This document shows, piece after piece, positions 41,267 through 55,758 of a DNA stretch of 64,000 nt (position 1 is the first letter of the stretch; each line of letters starts with the position of its first letter). This DNA comes from Auanema rhodensis. Taxonomy: Eukaryota > Animalia > Nematoda. Under the pieces are notes generated by a model that worked only from the letters and a program-made list of their open reading frames with translations, made no database searches and had not been told where the DNA came from. The DNA is taken from the NCBI GenBank assembly GCA_964057225.1, contig OZ059897.1:9672001-9736000 (forward strand). The letters are read 5' to 3'. A program made the position numbers and the translations under genes.

Positions 41267-43626
41267 TCTAATTGATAATACGATCTAAACAATAGAAAAA
41301 TTATGAAAAAAACAATGTTGAAACGACGATAAGTTTAAGAAAAGCATAATAAGCTACAATGAACTTTTCGTTGACAACCCGAAAAAATGGCAAATACTAC
41401 TACTAAGTCAAAATTTTTAATAAAAGCTGATTAGTTGATAAGAATCAGAACTAGATATGATTTTCCAGAGCATTTTTCAAAAATTATTATCAGATACATA
41501 GCGCTAAGATGAATTTGGGAATTGGGCAAAAAAAAATAAAAAAGATCAGAAAAGCATTTGGTAGATGATCTTTGAGTATGAACAACTAGATTCACATTTT
41601 TCTTCTTCCGGCTACTTATTGATATACATACACGTCTGAAGCCTCATACTGTCACAATTGCAAGTCACAAATTTAGTTTTTATTTGAAAAAAAAAAGCGG
41701 AAAGAAATTCTTTTTACTGAATGTTGATTACAAAATGCATTTTTTTAGACAAAAAACTTTTTGTTAATACAGTAGACAAATCATTAATATTAATAAAAAT
41801 CAAATATAATATAATATAATATATATAATACATATATATAATAATATAAATAAAGGAGAAAATGATAAGCTAATATGTATTTTAGTAGGCGGTTCACTAA
41901 ATGATCAACAAGTTGATACGTGAAAAAGATGAACAATCGGACAACAAATTCAATAAACGGATGATAAGATGATATATTCTTTGCCTACTTGTTTTATTTC
42001 ATCCGAAAGTCAAAATGATTCTAAAATTGCATCTTTGATTTGAGATTAAAAGATATTTCATTCATTGGATTCTGAGAAGAGATCTTCTTGTAGAAGCCAA
42101 CACCACTCATATCATTATCATAGAAACAACAATTGAAAAGTTCGCAATCCGATTAAGAAAGTCACGTGAACGTACGGCCCCCTTTTCACGTCATTTCATT
42201 TTTATTTTTATTTCAAAATGCCGTACAATTGGTTGTATTTAGTAGGTAAAGAAATCAATGATCTTTATTTGTTAAATATTAAAAATACATGTAATACTGC
42301 TATAGTGATACTGCCATTGATGCAGTTGAAGTAGCTTTACAGACATAGTAATTATATAAAAAATTTTGAAAATGCGAAATGAAGAAAGGCAAAGACGATT
42401 CGTTGCTATGTGCTTGCTTCAATGAGAGTGATTGGTATTTGGGGACAAAGGGAATACAGCTATAAGCTTTTTAAATCATATCCCCATTACCTTCAATGAT
42501 AAAATTAAAGTATGATGAAATCATAAAAAATATTTAAAAAAATAAATACATTGAAAGCAAATCTATGAAAGAAGACAGGCTAAATAGTATGCAAAATATT
42601 AGAATATTAAGATAATCCAGGCACAAAAGATGAGCAACTGGATCAAGTGAGCAAAGAAAAAGCTGAAAAGCTGCTCATTTAAGTGGCAATTTTGAATTGC
42701 AACACAACCGTTATATAGTTCAAGATAATGGTCAACATGTGGCTTGAAGTAGCGCAGGCTGGATGGATGATATTCTTCAACTCTTAGCGGTTGTTGTCAA
42801 AAGATGACGACGAAGAAGAAAAAGAAGAAGAAGAAGACGACGACGACGACAACGACAATAAAGAAGAACAAGAAGAAAACGAGAGATTGTCACCTATTAC
42901 AAATTAAAGGAAACAAAATGTTATTTCATGAAATAGCGTTAAAGAATGACAGGATGATGAGATTATATTGATTACAATGGATGAACTGTATTTCAAAAAA
43001 ACGGCGTATTATACATGACAGAACATGATTATAAGATATATCACGTCTGTATTATTACTATCCAAGCATAAAATTTAGATTTTGAGGTAAGTAATGCGTA
43101 GAAATAGAATGATGAACAAGCTTTTTTGAAAGTTATGAGCGAGAACAGGGATGAGTTCAACTAGAGAAATGAAACTGACTAAAAGAGAATCTATGAATAA
43201 TTAATAATAATAGAAAATGCCGATGAAACCGACATCTAAAACTATTGGACAAGTTCACTTAAAGGGCTATATATGGGCAGAAAAAATAAAATAAAAAGAT
43301 AGGCTTTAGATGAAAGAACCGAAAGCATATCAAGTGAGGCACAAGAAGCTAAAAGAAAGATGATGGTGATGAATTATTTGAAACAAAAAAAAAGGAACAA
43401 GAAGTGAAACCGTTAAGAACGCCTGATGAGACTAAAATAACAAACTTCTTACTGCGTAATTCACGTGAGATACCGAGTAGACTATGTATCTTGACGTGAA
43501 AATTGAAATAAAGAGTTGTTAGTCGCTTGTTCATCCATAGCTAGCTCATTAGTAATAAAATAAGTTTAGTTGGAATTATATTGAATATATAAACTGCAAA
43601 AAGTTTTAAAATTAATAATGAAAGTG

Positions 43627-43630
<4 letters not shown>

Positions 43631-43684
<54 letters not shown>

Positions 43685-43698
43685 AGAGAAGAGAGAGA
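43631..43698. repeat. (AG)n microsatellite
   Basis: More than 20 AG units followed by degenerate units. Confidence 0.95.
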
Positions 43699-44089
43699 AA
43701 GTAAAAAAACTGTTTATGTTACTTATTCATTTAAGTTTGAATATTGAAATGGTTTATTAAGAAAAAGTAAATGATTTGATGATTTGTATTGAAACAACTT
43801 CAATTTCAATTCATTCACGTTAAAATGCTTCATTATGTCAAATGAATATGATTGTAAAATGTTTATTAATCATTAGATGGATGGGTATATAGTTGACTTT
43901 TTTTTTTAAAACATGATGTATAGTGATCATTTGGTAGATCGAAAAAGGATTGGCACGAGGTGGCGGGGTAGGGCTGGTGTTAGGAATAAAAGAGAATTGA
44001 AGAGGGTAAAGAGAGATAATATAAGATACAATTAAAAAGAGAGAATGAGTACTAAATAGAGAGGGAGAGAATGAGAAAGAGAGAGAGAT

Positions 44090-44125
<36 letters not shown>

Positions 44126-46344
44126 CGAAAATGAAAGAAATGAAGAGTTGATGTTGGACGACATGTTCGGCCCGATTATGGAAAAGACTACGACTAGCGG
44201 CTGGATAATAAAGAAGATAAGCCGATCATCAACATTATTATCAACTATTACTATCATGAAAAATCGAGATTTATAATTAAATGCTGGTGAATAGCTGTTG
44301 AACTATTTAAGGCAATTTGAAGTGAAAAAAAATTGGAATTGAAAAAGAAAAAACTAAATATTGAAATAAGAGTAGAAGTTTCTTTTTTTTTTTTAAATAT
44401 TTTATTTTACTATCTAGTGTGTCAGTTAGTTCCCAACGACGCTTTGAATTTGCTTTCTTTGTTCAGGTTGAAGACAAACATATACATGTATATATGTATA
44501 TATATGTTGTGAATATGATGAATAAATAAAATTAAAAAAAAAAAAGAAGAAAAATCTTTTTTTTTTTTTGAAAGAAGAAAGAACGAATATCTATATGTCT
44601 TAACATTCGCTTCATATTATTCTTGTATTCAATTCTTTTTTTTTTGTATAAATGTCAAGAAATATTGACGTATATGTAGAGATAGATTTTAAATTTTAAA
44701 ATATAGTTGAAGAAGCAGAATAGACATATGTTTTTCATAATATAATGAGAAAAATGATAAAATAAATTGGAACTTATAAACTTGTAAAGAATTAAAAAGT
44801 AATATGGATAGATTAAGATATGTTTTGATGATATCAAGATTGGAACAAGCTTATAACAAAGCTCAAGCATATTGAATAATCTTTTTGTTCATCAAAATTT
44901 CAGGATGTTATGGTAATATTTGAGGAGCTTGAACTTGACAAAATGATTGGAAAGAAGAGCTGTTAGATAGTCCTTCAAGATCAGATGAATTGCTGATGGA
45001 CTAGAGAAGAGAAAAACAATCCCAACGACTAGTTCTGATCTTTAAGTTCCAGAGATCTAGATTGAGGAATATTTTGAAAATTTAAAAATGATATGTGATC
45101 TCATACTCTCTGCGTGATTTCATACGTTATTTTCTATACTATCTCGTCATTCGGAAACAATTAAGAAAGATAAAGCGAGGGAAAAGCTAGGAGGAACCGA
45201 GTGGGAGACGAAGAGAGAATTGAAGAACGATAGGTTCAAGTTGTAAAACACGAGACTGATCAGTTTGAATCAAATGAGAGACTGATGTGATAAGTAATGA
45301 AATGAAGAGAAAAAAAGTAAAAATAAGATATGGAGGAACCAGAGACGGGGGTGGAGTAGTGTGAATGAAGATGAAAAAGAACAAGAAAGAAGAGAAAAGA
45401 TAGAAATGATATAGAAAAGTGATAGCTTGGAAAGACTTTCAGATTCAATATACTCACGATTAACTTAGTGATTGAGATAGTCAGCTGTATCTGCTCTATT
45501 AGAGTCAAGATGATCAGCTGCTGATCGTGTTTTGAGTGCGGAAATGTCCAAAAATCTAGAAATACGTCATGATTATTTTCATTCCGAAGCATTCAAAAAG
45601 CAAAATTATAAGAGAATAACGAATAAAACAACAAAGTCGTTTGTTCCTTGATACTTCATGCATCATACACATAGTTAAAAATAAATAATTGTTCTATAAA
45701 TATACTAATTATACCTTAAACCTATACATATAGTTAAGAAATTAAATTATTTCTTTTTTTTTCCAATAAAATATTATCTTACAGGCTTCATATCATAGAT
45801 AATAATTCAAATAAAATACATAATATACTATATGTATATTTCAAATTGATCATAGTTCATGAAAAAGCGTGGTTAGAAAATTTGAGAATAGAATATACTG
45901 TCAATATTCTCTATTGAAATATAAAATATGAAGATGATTGATGATATTCATTGAAATGTTTAAATAATTTTTAGATTGGGGTAAAGTTGTTTCAATATAT
46001 TATATATTATATGTATAATATGTATAATATTATGTTTATTTTTAAAAAAAATAAAATTAAGAAATCAAAACAAATGTTTTTATTGAATATGTAAAAATGT
46101 GTGTTAAACAACATATAATATTATTTCATATATATATTTAAATTTTGAAAAAAAAAGAGGATACCCGTAATTGATAGAAGTGCCGTTGGTAGACTAATAA
46201 TAATAATAATTAATATTATAATATATGAAAAATAATCAAAAAAAAACATCAAAACTCTGAAAAAAAAAAACTCTTTGAGTGTTAAAAACATAAATTATCA
46301 GTTTTAATATCCTAAAAGAATGAAAATAATACAAACTTTTAGTT

Positions 46345-49300
46345 TTACAATCCTTCTATATGTTTTGAATTTAAAATATCATGATGATTATGATAAGCTT
46401 CTTCTATATTATTATTATTATTGTTATTATGAATTCTTGTATCAGTGGATATAACATCATTACCATCATCATCATCATCATCATCATCATGAAGTTGTTG
46501 TGTACTTCGTTTATATAAAGATTGATTATGAGAATTTGCTCGATGTGGATTAGCCCTATATCCGAGATCAGTATAACGGTTTGAAACACAAGTAGAGCTT
46601 GATTGAGGCTGAAACAATAAATATTAATAAATGATAAAAGCATAAAGTTTATTTCAAGTTGAAGAAGTAAAATGATAATAATCTCGAATTTAAGCAATAG
46701 ATACCTTGAAAGCTATGTTAATGTTTGTTCGAACTGTTCTACCACGTCCGTTACGTAATGGTCTATAAGATGGTGTCATATACACAGGTTCAGCTTGTTT
46801 AGCTTCTGATTTTTGTAATTCATTCCAAATACTTAACTGAAATATAAAAAAATAATATGAAAACGTTTAACAATCTCTTATTCCTACATCTTCTTTAGTA
46901 ATGTAAATAGGATTATTCATTATAATCCATGTAACAGTTTCATGACATCCAGGAAATGTTAATGAACCTTCATATGTTACATAATGAGTTGTTTTTGGCA
47001 TCAATGCATATGGATGTAATCGTCTTAAAGGTGTTATTTGACCTAAAAATAATTATAAAAATTTTAAATATTTAAAGTTTTTTTTATTCATATTTTAATA
47101 AAAAAAAATTAATGTTTGAACATACCTTTGTATGTTATACTTTGTGAAGCAACTGTTAATCTACGTAATTCTACTTCTGTTGTTGATCCAATCTACAAGT
47201 AAAGTGTATTATATATATATAAATATATATATTTTTGTGTTTTAATTGTATAATCTGTTAACAACCGATCAACTTCCGTTATAAATGAAAAATAAAAGTA
47301 AATTGAACTTTACGTTACGTGTAATATTAATCATTATGCTAATTCATAATGAATATCAATTAGATAATCATGTAATATTGATTATTTTTTTCAATTAAAA
47401 TATTTAAAAATGTAATTTTTATTTTATTTTCATATAAATATAATAATATTTCTAATTTTTATTTGTTTTTAACTTACATCAACCATTATAGCAATAGCTA
47501 ATAGTCCTTTAGGTTGAGTCATTGCTTGAGTAAAATTTGTATATAAATCACTGTTATATGCCAAAAATTGAATCTAAACAGAATATAATTTATAATTTCA
47601 ATAAATTATTATAAATTACCTCAGCAGGAAATCTTACACGATCAACCGTATGTTCGGAGCCTTTTTCTTCAGAGTCTTTTCCAAAATGAACAATAATCTG
47701 AAGAATTGTAAAGCAATGAAAATCCTATTCAAGTTCACAAATGAAAAAAACCTGATTTAATCTATATGTATATGGAAAAGCTGGGCCTCCAGTTATATTT
47801 ATAGTTTGTTTTGTTTCATTTAAGGTTACAATCGGTAATTGTCCAATATTTTCAAATATTCCTTCAATCTAAAACATCAAATTTTGCTCAAAAAACTATT
47901 ATTATAGTTAACTACCTGAACATCATCTAGTTTAATTGCATCCAAATGCGGATCAAATAATAGCTTATCAGGCTCTATGTTGATAGGCGATTGTAACTGA
48001 CCAGCTGTACACATCTTCCATTCTTTGTGGACAAGACCCCAAAAATCTGGTCCTACAATACAGGGATAGATACAAGCGGTCATAAGCCATGGCCACATGA
48101 TTGAAGAAGTTGATCAAATCAACTGTATGTTTATCTCTATTTCCACTCAATCTATTCCTCACTTCGTCTTATTCTCATATATATATATTCAGGATAGATG
48201 AATATTATATCGAAATATCTAGAATATGAAATATTTTGATGAAATTAAAAGAAGAAATCATGATATTGATATTGATGATGTAAGATTACATCATATAATC
48301 ATACAAGATAATTTAAGAAAAAAAAATGAATGAAATTCAATTAAAATGATGTAAAGCTATATGAATAAGACAAGAGCTAAATGTACTATGTGAAATGTAT
48401 CTATGGGAAACCTTGGTAGCGTGTGAGCTCTGACACATTCTCTATTGTGCTTCTGCAATAGAATTGACTGAAAGGGCTTCAGTTCTTATAAGATTTCTTA
48501 TTTGTAAAATTTGTTAATGAAGGGTTTATTTTAGAGAAAAAAAAAATAAAATTTGAACAGCTAAAAAAAGTAAAAATATATTATTATTATTATAATTTAT
48601 AATTTATAATAAAATATAAAATTATTATAAAATTTAATAAGAGATATGAATTAAGCTAACCAAAATCAGATTAGGGAGTAAAATGAAAAAAAAATGAAAA
48701 AACAAGATAAAGAGAAAAGAGGAAAATGAAGGGAAATGGAAAAAGAGGAGTAGGAGGTTGGTGTGAGAGTTAGCATCTCCGGAAAACGAAGACTTCCTGA
48801 GCCCAGAGATTTAGAAAATGCATACAGAGTAAAGAGAGTTGATTGGAAATATTCATAAGTGAAGACATCGGAGGTCATCAGATAGCCGAGAATGAAGATT
48901 CATGAAAGTTTTCGAATTTTTGATTTTTTTAACATCAGCATTAGGTATTAATGTTTTGAAAATTGATATAATGATGATAATGTATGAGCATTCTTTTCCA
49001 AAAACATATTTGAGCAAATTCAGATCACATAAACGTATTTGTAATTCGAAAAACAATTTTTGAAGGAGCTCGGAAGTAACGGAGAACAAGCTGAGATCAT
49101 GAAGGAAAACATGAGCAATAAGGTCGAATTGAATACTGATAGATGAAAGTAATGGTCAGTTAACAACAGAAATCTAGGTTATAACAAGAGCAAATCATGA
49201 CGTTAAGTGGTTCGATCCATGCTAGGTCATTAGTGTGTCTCAACATCCGTGAAGCATTTATGCTAATTCATGAAGAGCTATGCCCTCAAGCAAGGCTACT

Positions 49301-51173
49301 CTTGGTCAAGCATGAATCTCTCTCATGGATAAAATAGAATGTTTATGAGAGATATCAGATAGATTAAGAAGTCTTTGGATGAGAGAGAGAGAGATGTAGG
49401 GTAAAGAGAAGAGAATAAGAGATTTTGACTAAGAAAGATAGAATATCCAAGAAGATAAACGAGAGGAAAAGAGAGTGAATGGAAAAGACGTAGAAGTGAA
49501 GATGAAGAGAATGAAATACAGAAAGGTAATGTTTTTGGTTCTTCAAAGAAGAGAAAAAGAATCAAAAATATGCTCCAAAATAAAGAAGAAGATGAAGATG
49601 AAGTACATTTCATTATAATTCAATGAAATTTAAATTATTCTTCATTTTAAACTTCATTTATACTTTTTATATGGAGTAATAATATAAATATAGCCTACGG
49701 CAACACAATAGAATAGATGAAATGCAACCGTTTCATGTGTCCAGAAATGAAATTTTGAATTTTCACGTTGAAACGTGAACTGTGGACCGTAATGAAGCAT
49801 TCACGATTCAATTAAATACAACATAGCTTGATCAAGTATAGGAATTTCAATGAAATTAAGAAGAAAAAGTAAAACAAATAGCCTTTTCTGTTGTTTTTTT
49901 TTGAGAAGAAAATTCAAATTTGATAGAAGTATTGAATGAAATGCAGGAAAATGGAGAAGTTGGATATAACAACGATTATCTTACTTACAAGCATTTTGGA
50001 TTTGTTTTTTTAAAAATTTAACAGAAGGCAGATGATATGAATGTGAGATGATCATCGGCACACACACGGTCACATCTCAAAACAATCAAATGAGCTTCGT
50101 TAATAAAAGGAAAACGTTATTATATTATCTATCTATCTATATATAGTTAGTTAGATAGTTAAATATATATTGAAAAGGAGTAAAGATATGAACACAAGTT
50201 GTTCTGTATGGGAATGCTGGCTGAAGAACAATGTTCATGCCTATCAAATAATTCGTGCAACTCAAGCTTCAGTACATATGTACATTATCTAATTACCACA
50301 ATTATCTTCAATTGCTAAAAGCTCTTATGTATATGTATGTTCGGTAGATTCTTGTTGCCCAAATAAGGGCAGAAAGAGTAAAAAGTCAAATAATCAGCAG
50401 AGACTTTGAGAAATTGAGAGAGAAAGAGAAAGAGGAGAGAGAGAGGACAGGAGTGGGTGACTGGTGGGGGGTGAGCTGAGGCAGACTCATGACAATCATT
50501 TCCAATTCAGTCCGCTTACATTTTAGAATCATTAAAGAAGTAAGATACTTTAACAAATGAATTTTTAATTTTCCTTATGCTTTTCAAATTAATTTTTATT
50601 TTCAAATGTTTCATACAAAAATACAAATATTGCAACAGAAAGTAGTAGAAAAACATGATGTAATCTACAATTTCATTTCTTTTTCATCATTTTTCGACGA
50701 AATCTGATTTAACTCGTTGTGCCCAAATAAGTAAATGGAATAGAACTGCGTACCAAAAAATTCTGAAGAAATCGCGAGGTGCTAGATGACAAAAACTTCA
50801 TGTCACAAGATAGCAAATGACATTTCCGTTTTCAAACGACAGACGATTTAGAATAAAGCTGTGAAAATTTTACTAGATAAACAAAATAAATAGTTTTACA
50901 TGGATACGCTGAGAAAAATCTGAGAAGAGAAAAAAAAAAGGAATTTTCATTTGAAATTCTCTGAAAACGTAAGAATTAAGTGAATACGTAAGAATTTTCA
51001 TTATTTTGCAGGAACGTTTTTCCCAGATATGAGCATATTGAGTATGAGAACCATGAATGTAAGTTGTATTGGTAAGCTTAATCTGATCAAAATTAAGAGT
51101 TTGGCTTCCCACCTTTTGGAGATTTTGACCACAACCATTGAATTGTTATGATGATAGCTGATGAGGAAGCGAG

Positions 51174-51238
<65 letters not shown>

Positions 51239-51821
51239 TTGTGAAGAAAGAATGAATTAGTTAAAATCAAAGTAAAATAGCGCTAATTTGTTCTCAAATT
51301 AGAATTTAAAAAAAGAAAAGAAAGAAGAAAAAATTAAATAATAAACTGTGAAAGAGAGGACTAGTAAGGGCAATTTTCAAATAAAAATAGAAGAAGCTAT
51401 ATACGAGTGGGTTAATTCAACGGATTTTGAAAGAATAATTGGTACTCTGTTTGTTTTTATAGAAGAGGGTATTTTTAAAAAAAATTTAATTATAATTAAT
51501 AATTAGAAAATATAGTTAATAATAATAATAATAAATAGTTAGTAATAAATGAATGAATGAATGTATAAGTTCATGTTATAGAAAGAAGTTTTCAAATAAT
51601 TCTTCTTCTGATATCTAGTTACCTCTTTCAAGCTCAAGTTGCCATTTAAACGAGAAGGATGGACCTTATCGAATCATCAAATAGATTGGCTTAAGTCTTC
51701 ACAAAGAAACAGAATGCGTAACGAATAAGTATCGAAGTATAAATATAAAGAAGATGAGAAAAAGTTTTTGAAAAAAAAAGAAAAAGATTAAGATGGACGA
51801 TAGAGGTAAACGGGTAATAGA

Positions 51822-51871
<50 letters not shown>

Positions 51872-53541
51872 AGAGAGAGAGAGAGAGAGAGTGACGGAAA
51901 AAGAGTTAGGAAAAGGATAGTTCATTTGATTCAAAAAATCCTCGAAATACAAGGTTGTTGACAAGTGGCCATTTGAAAGAAATTGTCAATGATGTCGTAG
52001 TATTGTACAATTCTTTTCTACTTTAGTTATATTTCAAAAAAGAGACGAAAGATGAAGATGGAATGATAATTTCTAGTTAAACCATAGAATTTTGATAATT
52101 ATTTTCTTTTAATTTCAAACCATTTTCGAGTATGAACTGAAAAAAAGATCACAAATTTGAAAACAAAATGAAAAATTCTCACGGAGTTGGCAGAGGAAAA
52201 AAAGAAGAAAAAGAAGGAAATTGAGCGAGTAGGAAGAAAAATAAAAGAAATTTGAACAAGTTGTTGTGAAAGATACAAGATTTAAGTACTTTTTAAATTC
52301 TCTATATGTTATAAAATTGAAAATTTGTTGATTAAATTATGGTGTTTATATAAACAAGATTTCGGAATTCTCATCTATGGAATTGTTTTTTCTAAAATAA
52401 ATTTTCTTGAGTAAGAAAAGCTGACATCTGTTCTCAATCATAGAAAAAAATATAAAAATGTAACTATTATTTGGGAAATTTGATAGAAAAAGACAAGTTC
52501 TCTGACTTTGGAAGGACTTGAAAATGAGGATGAGGGGGGGGGGGCCTTGAAGCAGAATATGCTGCATCTAAGGGATTCATGGAAGATGCGCGTGAGAGAA
52601 TCAGACTTCATCTAACCTCACGAGTTTGGAATAGGTGAGTACATTCGAGCATGTCTTTAGGACCATATTACTAAACATTCCATCCATCTATCTATCTATC
52701 TAACTACTCTCATTCTCAATAGAACAACTTCTTTCATTCAGATTCTCTGTTTCATCTTAAGCTCAATTTCCTATTTCATGTGAATACCTAATAGACAATC
52801 TTCTTTAAATTCCAGAAATTGAGTGAAAGTATCCTCTTAAGGGCACATTGATGATTTAAACAACTTTAGCAACTAGTCAAACTAGCAATTTATTTAATTT
52901 TAATAAAGAAAATATAAAAAAAATTTTAATATTAGACTTTGATTAAAATTATTTTTATAAAAAATTAAATTATTAACTCTTCACACACATACATATACAG
53001 TCATGTGCAATGAAAGTCGGACGCCCCTACCTTAGAGGCTCCAGAAAACTCCTTCAAACTATAAAAAAAAATTTTAATTTAAAAAATTTTGAGAATTCAT
53101 ATAGTATATATGAAATTAAAAAAATTATACCTCAAGTCTTAATCAAACTCATGAAATTCAAGAAAGAAGACTTGTTAAAGCAGATTATGAAAATTTCGGA
53201 GAATCCCAGAAAATACTTTTAAACACGATTTAAAAAAATTTTTTTTCTAAGTTCTATATCGGTTTTCGACACTCAAAATATTTTTTTTTCTGAATTTTTG
53301 TAGTTTGTGTGAGAAGATATGAAGTATTCTAGTGAGCTTCCGACTTTCATCGCACGTGACTGTATAATTTATATAGTTTACTATATATTATATAATATAT
53401 AATATATTTATATTATTATTTTTATTTAAAAAATAAAAATAAAATACCTCCAAATGCATCACTATCAAATGTCCATGGAAATAGTAATCCAGCATTTATA
53501 CCAATAATAGTAGTTAAAATTGAAAATAATGCCAATTTCAT
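46345..53541 (-). CDS. cah-2: Carbonic anhydrase-related protein (CA10/CA11-like, acatalytic), signal-peptide isoform; shorter isoform starts at 48098
   Basis: GPDFWGLVHKEWKMCTAGQLQSPINI, KGSEHTVDRVRFPAE|IQFLAYNS, VELRRLTVASQSI, YVTYEGSLTFPGCHETVTWI and VRTNIN closely match recalled C. elegans CAH-2. Exon 53448-53541 (MKLALFSILTTIIGINAGLLFPWTFDSDAFG) splices in phase to 48052. Confidence 0.9.
51177..51238. repeat. (AG)n microsatellite in cah-2 intron 1
   Basis: About 30 AG units with one interruption. Confidence 0.95.
51819..51891. repeat. (AG)n microsatellite in cah-2 intron 1
   Basis: About 35 AG units with GG interruptions. Confidence 0.95.
52998..53362. mobile_element. Non-autonomous Tc1/mariner-type MITE (365 bp) in cah-2 intron 1
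   Basis: TA|CAGTCATGTGCAATGAAAGTCGGA ... TCCGACTTTCATCGCACGTGACTG|TA: 24-bp TIR with 2 mismatches, TA target site, no transposase. Confidence 0.9.
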
Positions 53542-54471
53542 CTGAAAATATTAAAGTTTAAGAAAGAAAAAGTAAAAGGAACACTTCTTCAAGTTAGAAC
53601 TAAAGAGATTGAAGAAAATGATGGTTTGATGTGCTTAGGCCACCGACTTTAAGACAAACGTAGCATAAACCGACTATAAATCTGGCTAGACGAATGGAGG
53701 TTATTAAGCAAAATAATCCTTTATGGTAATCCCTTTATATTTCTTAACGTCAACTTCTTTTCTCTTTTAACTAACCCTACTCCCCCCCCTTCCCCCCTTA
53801 TTCTCTCCCCTTTTACTTCCCTTTGGCTCTCTTTCACTTTCAATGTAATATGCCCTTATGGCACCACGTTGAAGATGAATATGAAGATGAAAAAGACGAC
53901 ATTTCATACTGAATTTCAGTTTAAATGTTCTTTATTTAAAATAAATTATTTAATAATTTTCAGATAAATAAACTAAATGAATATTTCATTTTCTTGCTCA
54001 AGGTGTGGGAAATAGATGGCGTTCGAAGCCAGAGCAACAACTAAAGGATAGCACATATCGAGATGGTTGAGAAAAAGAAAAAAACTGTGAAAAGCAGATT
54101 CAATTTCTTTATTCAAGTTTTGAACTGAAAAAATAAGAATTTTCAAGCCGTCTATTCGATATTAGTAGATGTTGTAATGCTTATATGGCAGTGAACTACA
54201 TTTAAAGATATCATACAAGCCTTATATGGAGGATGATTGAATATAGCCTGAGGGAAAGATATCAAGAGCTCTTTTATGAGATATGAGTATATCTATGGTT
54301 GAAACTTATAGTTGGAAAATAAATTTCTGTTAAAACTAAAAAAACGAGGAAGAACTTGAAGACGAGGTTGTTTGATTAGAAAATAAGTAGAAAATAGAGG
54401 AAGGCTGACCAACTTTTCAAGATATAGAATTTTTTTTGGAAATATAAAGTAAATATAAACAACAAACTAAC

Positions 54472-54646
54472 CATATTGAAAAAGAAATGTAAAATAGACG
54501 ACGAAGATGCTGAAGAAGAAAACTTGTCAAGTTGTAGAAGCAAATGAAGAATTCTATTTGGATTTGAACTCTTTTTGCTATAAAGAGAGAGAGAGAGAGG
54601 AAGAGAGCTATAATAGAAGGTAAAGGAAGATGGAAGATATCATCAT
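54472..54646 (-). other. Candidate non-coding 5'UTR exon of cah-2
   Basis: On the minus strand an ATTTCAG acceptor and an ATG|GTTAGT donor bound a 175-nt pyrimidine-rich segment. It could splice to the TTTTCAG|ATG acceptor at 53541. Confidence 0.4.
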
Positions 54647-55758
54647 CTGAAATATGAGATTATTTACACAGAAGAATGCCCTTAGGGAGTAATCGAGCAT
54701 CTTTTACTCGTTTTATCGAAGAATACGTGAAGAAAATGACGAAATACATAAAACAAAACGACAATATACTTTATATAAATAATTATTAGAAAGATTATAT
54801 GGTATAAATTAGTTTATATTATATGTATTTTTTTTTATTTTAAAATAATATCAATAAGCTTGTATTGTCACCACAAATTTTTTTAGAATTCGTTGTGTGC
54901 CAAAGTAAAATTTTTGACAGGTGCAAATAAAAATTTGATTAAATCAAAACGAGATTATGATCAAGCATAATATATAATAATAATTATATAAATATGAAAG
55001 CAAATTTAAATATTTAAATTATTGAAAAATAGAAAAAAATTTCATTTTAGTTTGAACAATAGTGATAAGCGGTTGTTTTTTTTTTCACAAATTTTTATGC
55101 TAATTATGTATATAATATATATATATATACGTGCATAAATGGTATGATTCTATACATGTATGCTATACGGCTTCATATTAAAAAAAAGTGACTAGGACCA
55201 CCTTGTTTTTCAATCAAAGAAAAAAGAAAAGAAAAGAAAATATTATAACTATAATAATAATAATAATAATAATATATAGTATATAGTATATATATAATAT
55301 ATTATTATGTATATATTCATGTTATATATTATAATATTTTAAAAATGTTCTAGTTTTGCGGTTCATTTAGTCAACGGAAATAGCCATAAAAGGGCAATGT
55401 AATAAGGTTAACGAAAGAAAGAATAAGCTATAAATCATAATAAGAAATGTTATGATAATTATTATAAATAATAATGTATAAAACAATAAAAGTTTTAATT
55501 TTATATATATATATATATATGAAATATATTTTATAATATTATATCTTTAACTTAACAAAAAAAATTGAAGGACAGACATTGCTATTTGTATTTTAACTAA
55601 AAGAAATGGAAATTTTTGTGGTAGAGAAAGACCAATAGAACAATAAAAAACGTAATTTTCCAGCAAATGAGCCAATAGAAAAATTGAGAGAATAGTCGCA
55701 ATGAAAAGGAAAAAAAACTTTTTTTTTCATATAAAGCTGTCATAATCATTATAATATA

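Noticed and set aside
42788-42907. Acidic D/E-coding stretch
   Set aside because: A GAA/GAC trinucleotide low-complexity tract with no linked exons.
43045-43102. TGAGGTAAGTAATGCGTAGA resembling a let-7-family miRNA
   Set aside because: The seed is mismatched, it would sit on the 3' arm, and the hairpin is poor.
49170-49225. GGTTCGATCC B-box-like sequence
   Set aside because: No cloverleaf or A-box at a suitable spacing.
53010-53222. 70-aa ORF inside the MITE
   Set aside because: No transposase HTH or DDE motifs; a chance ORF in AT-rich DNA.
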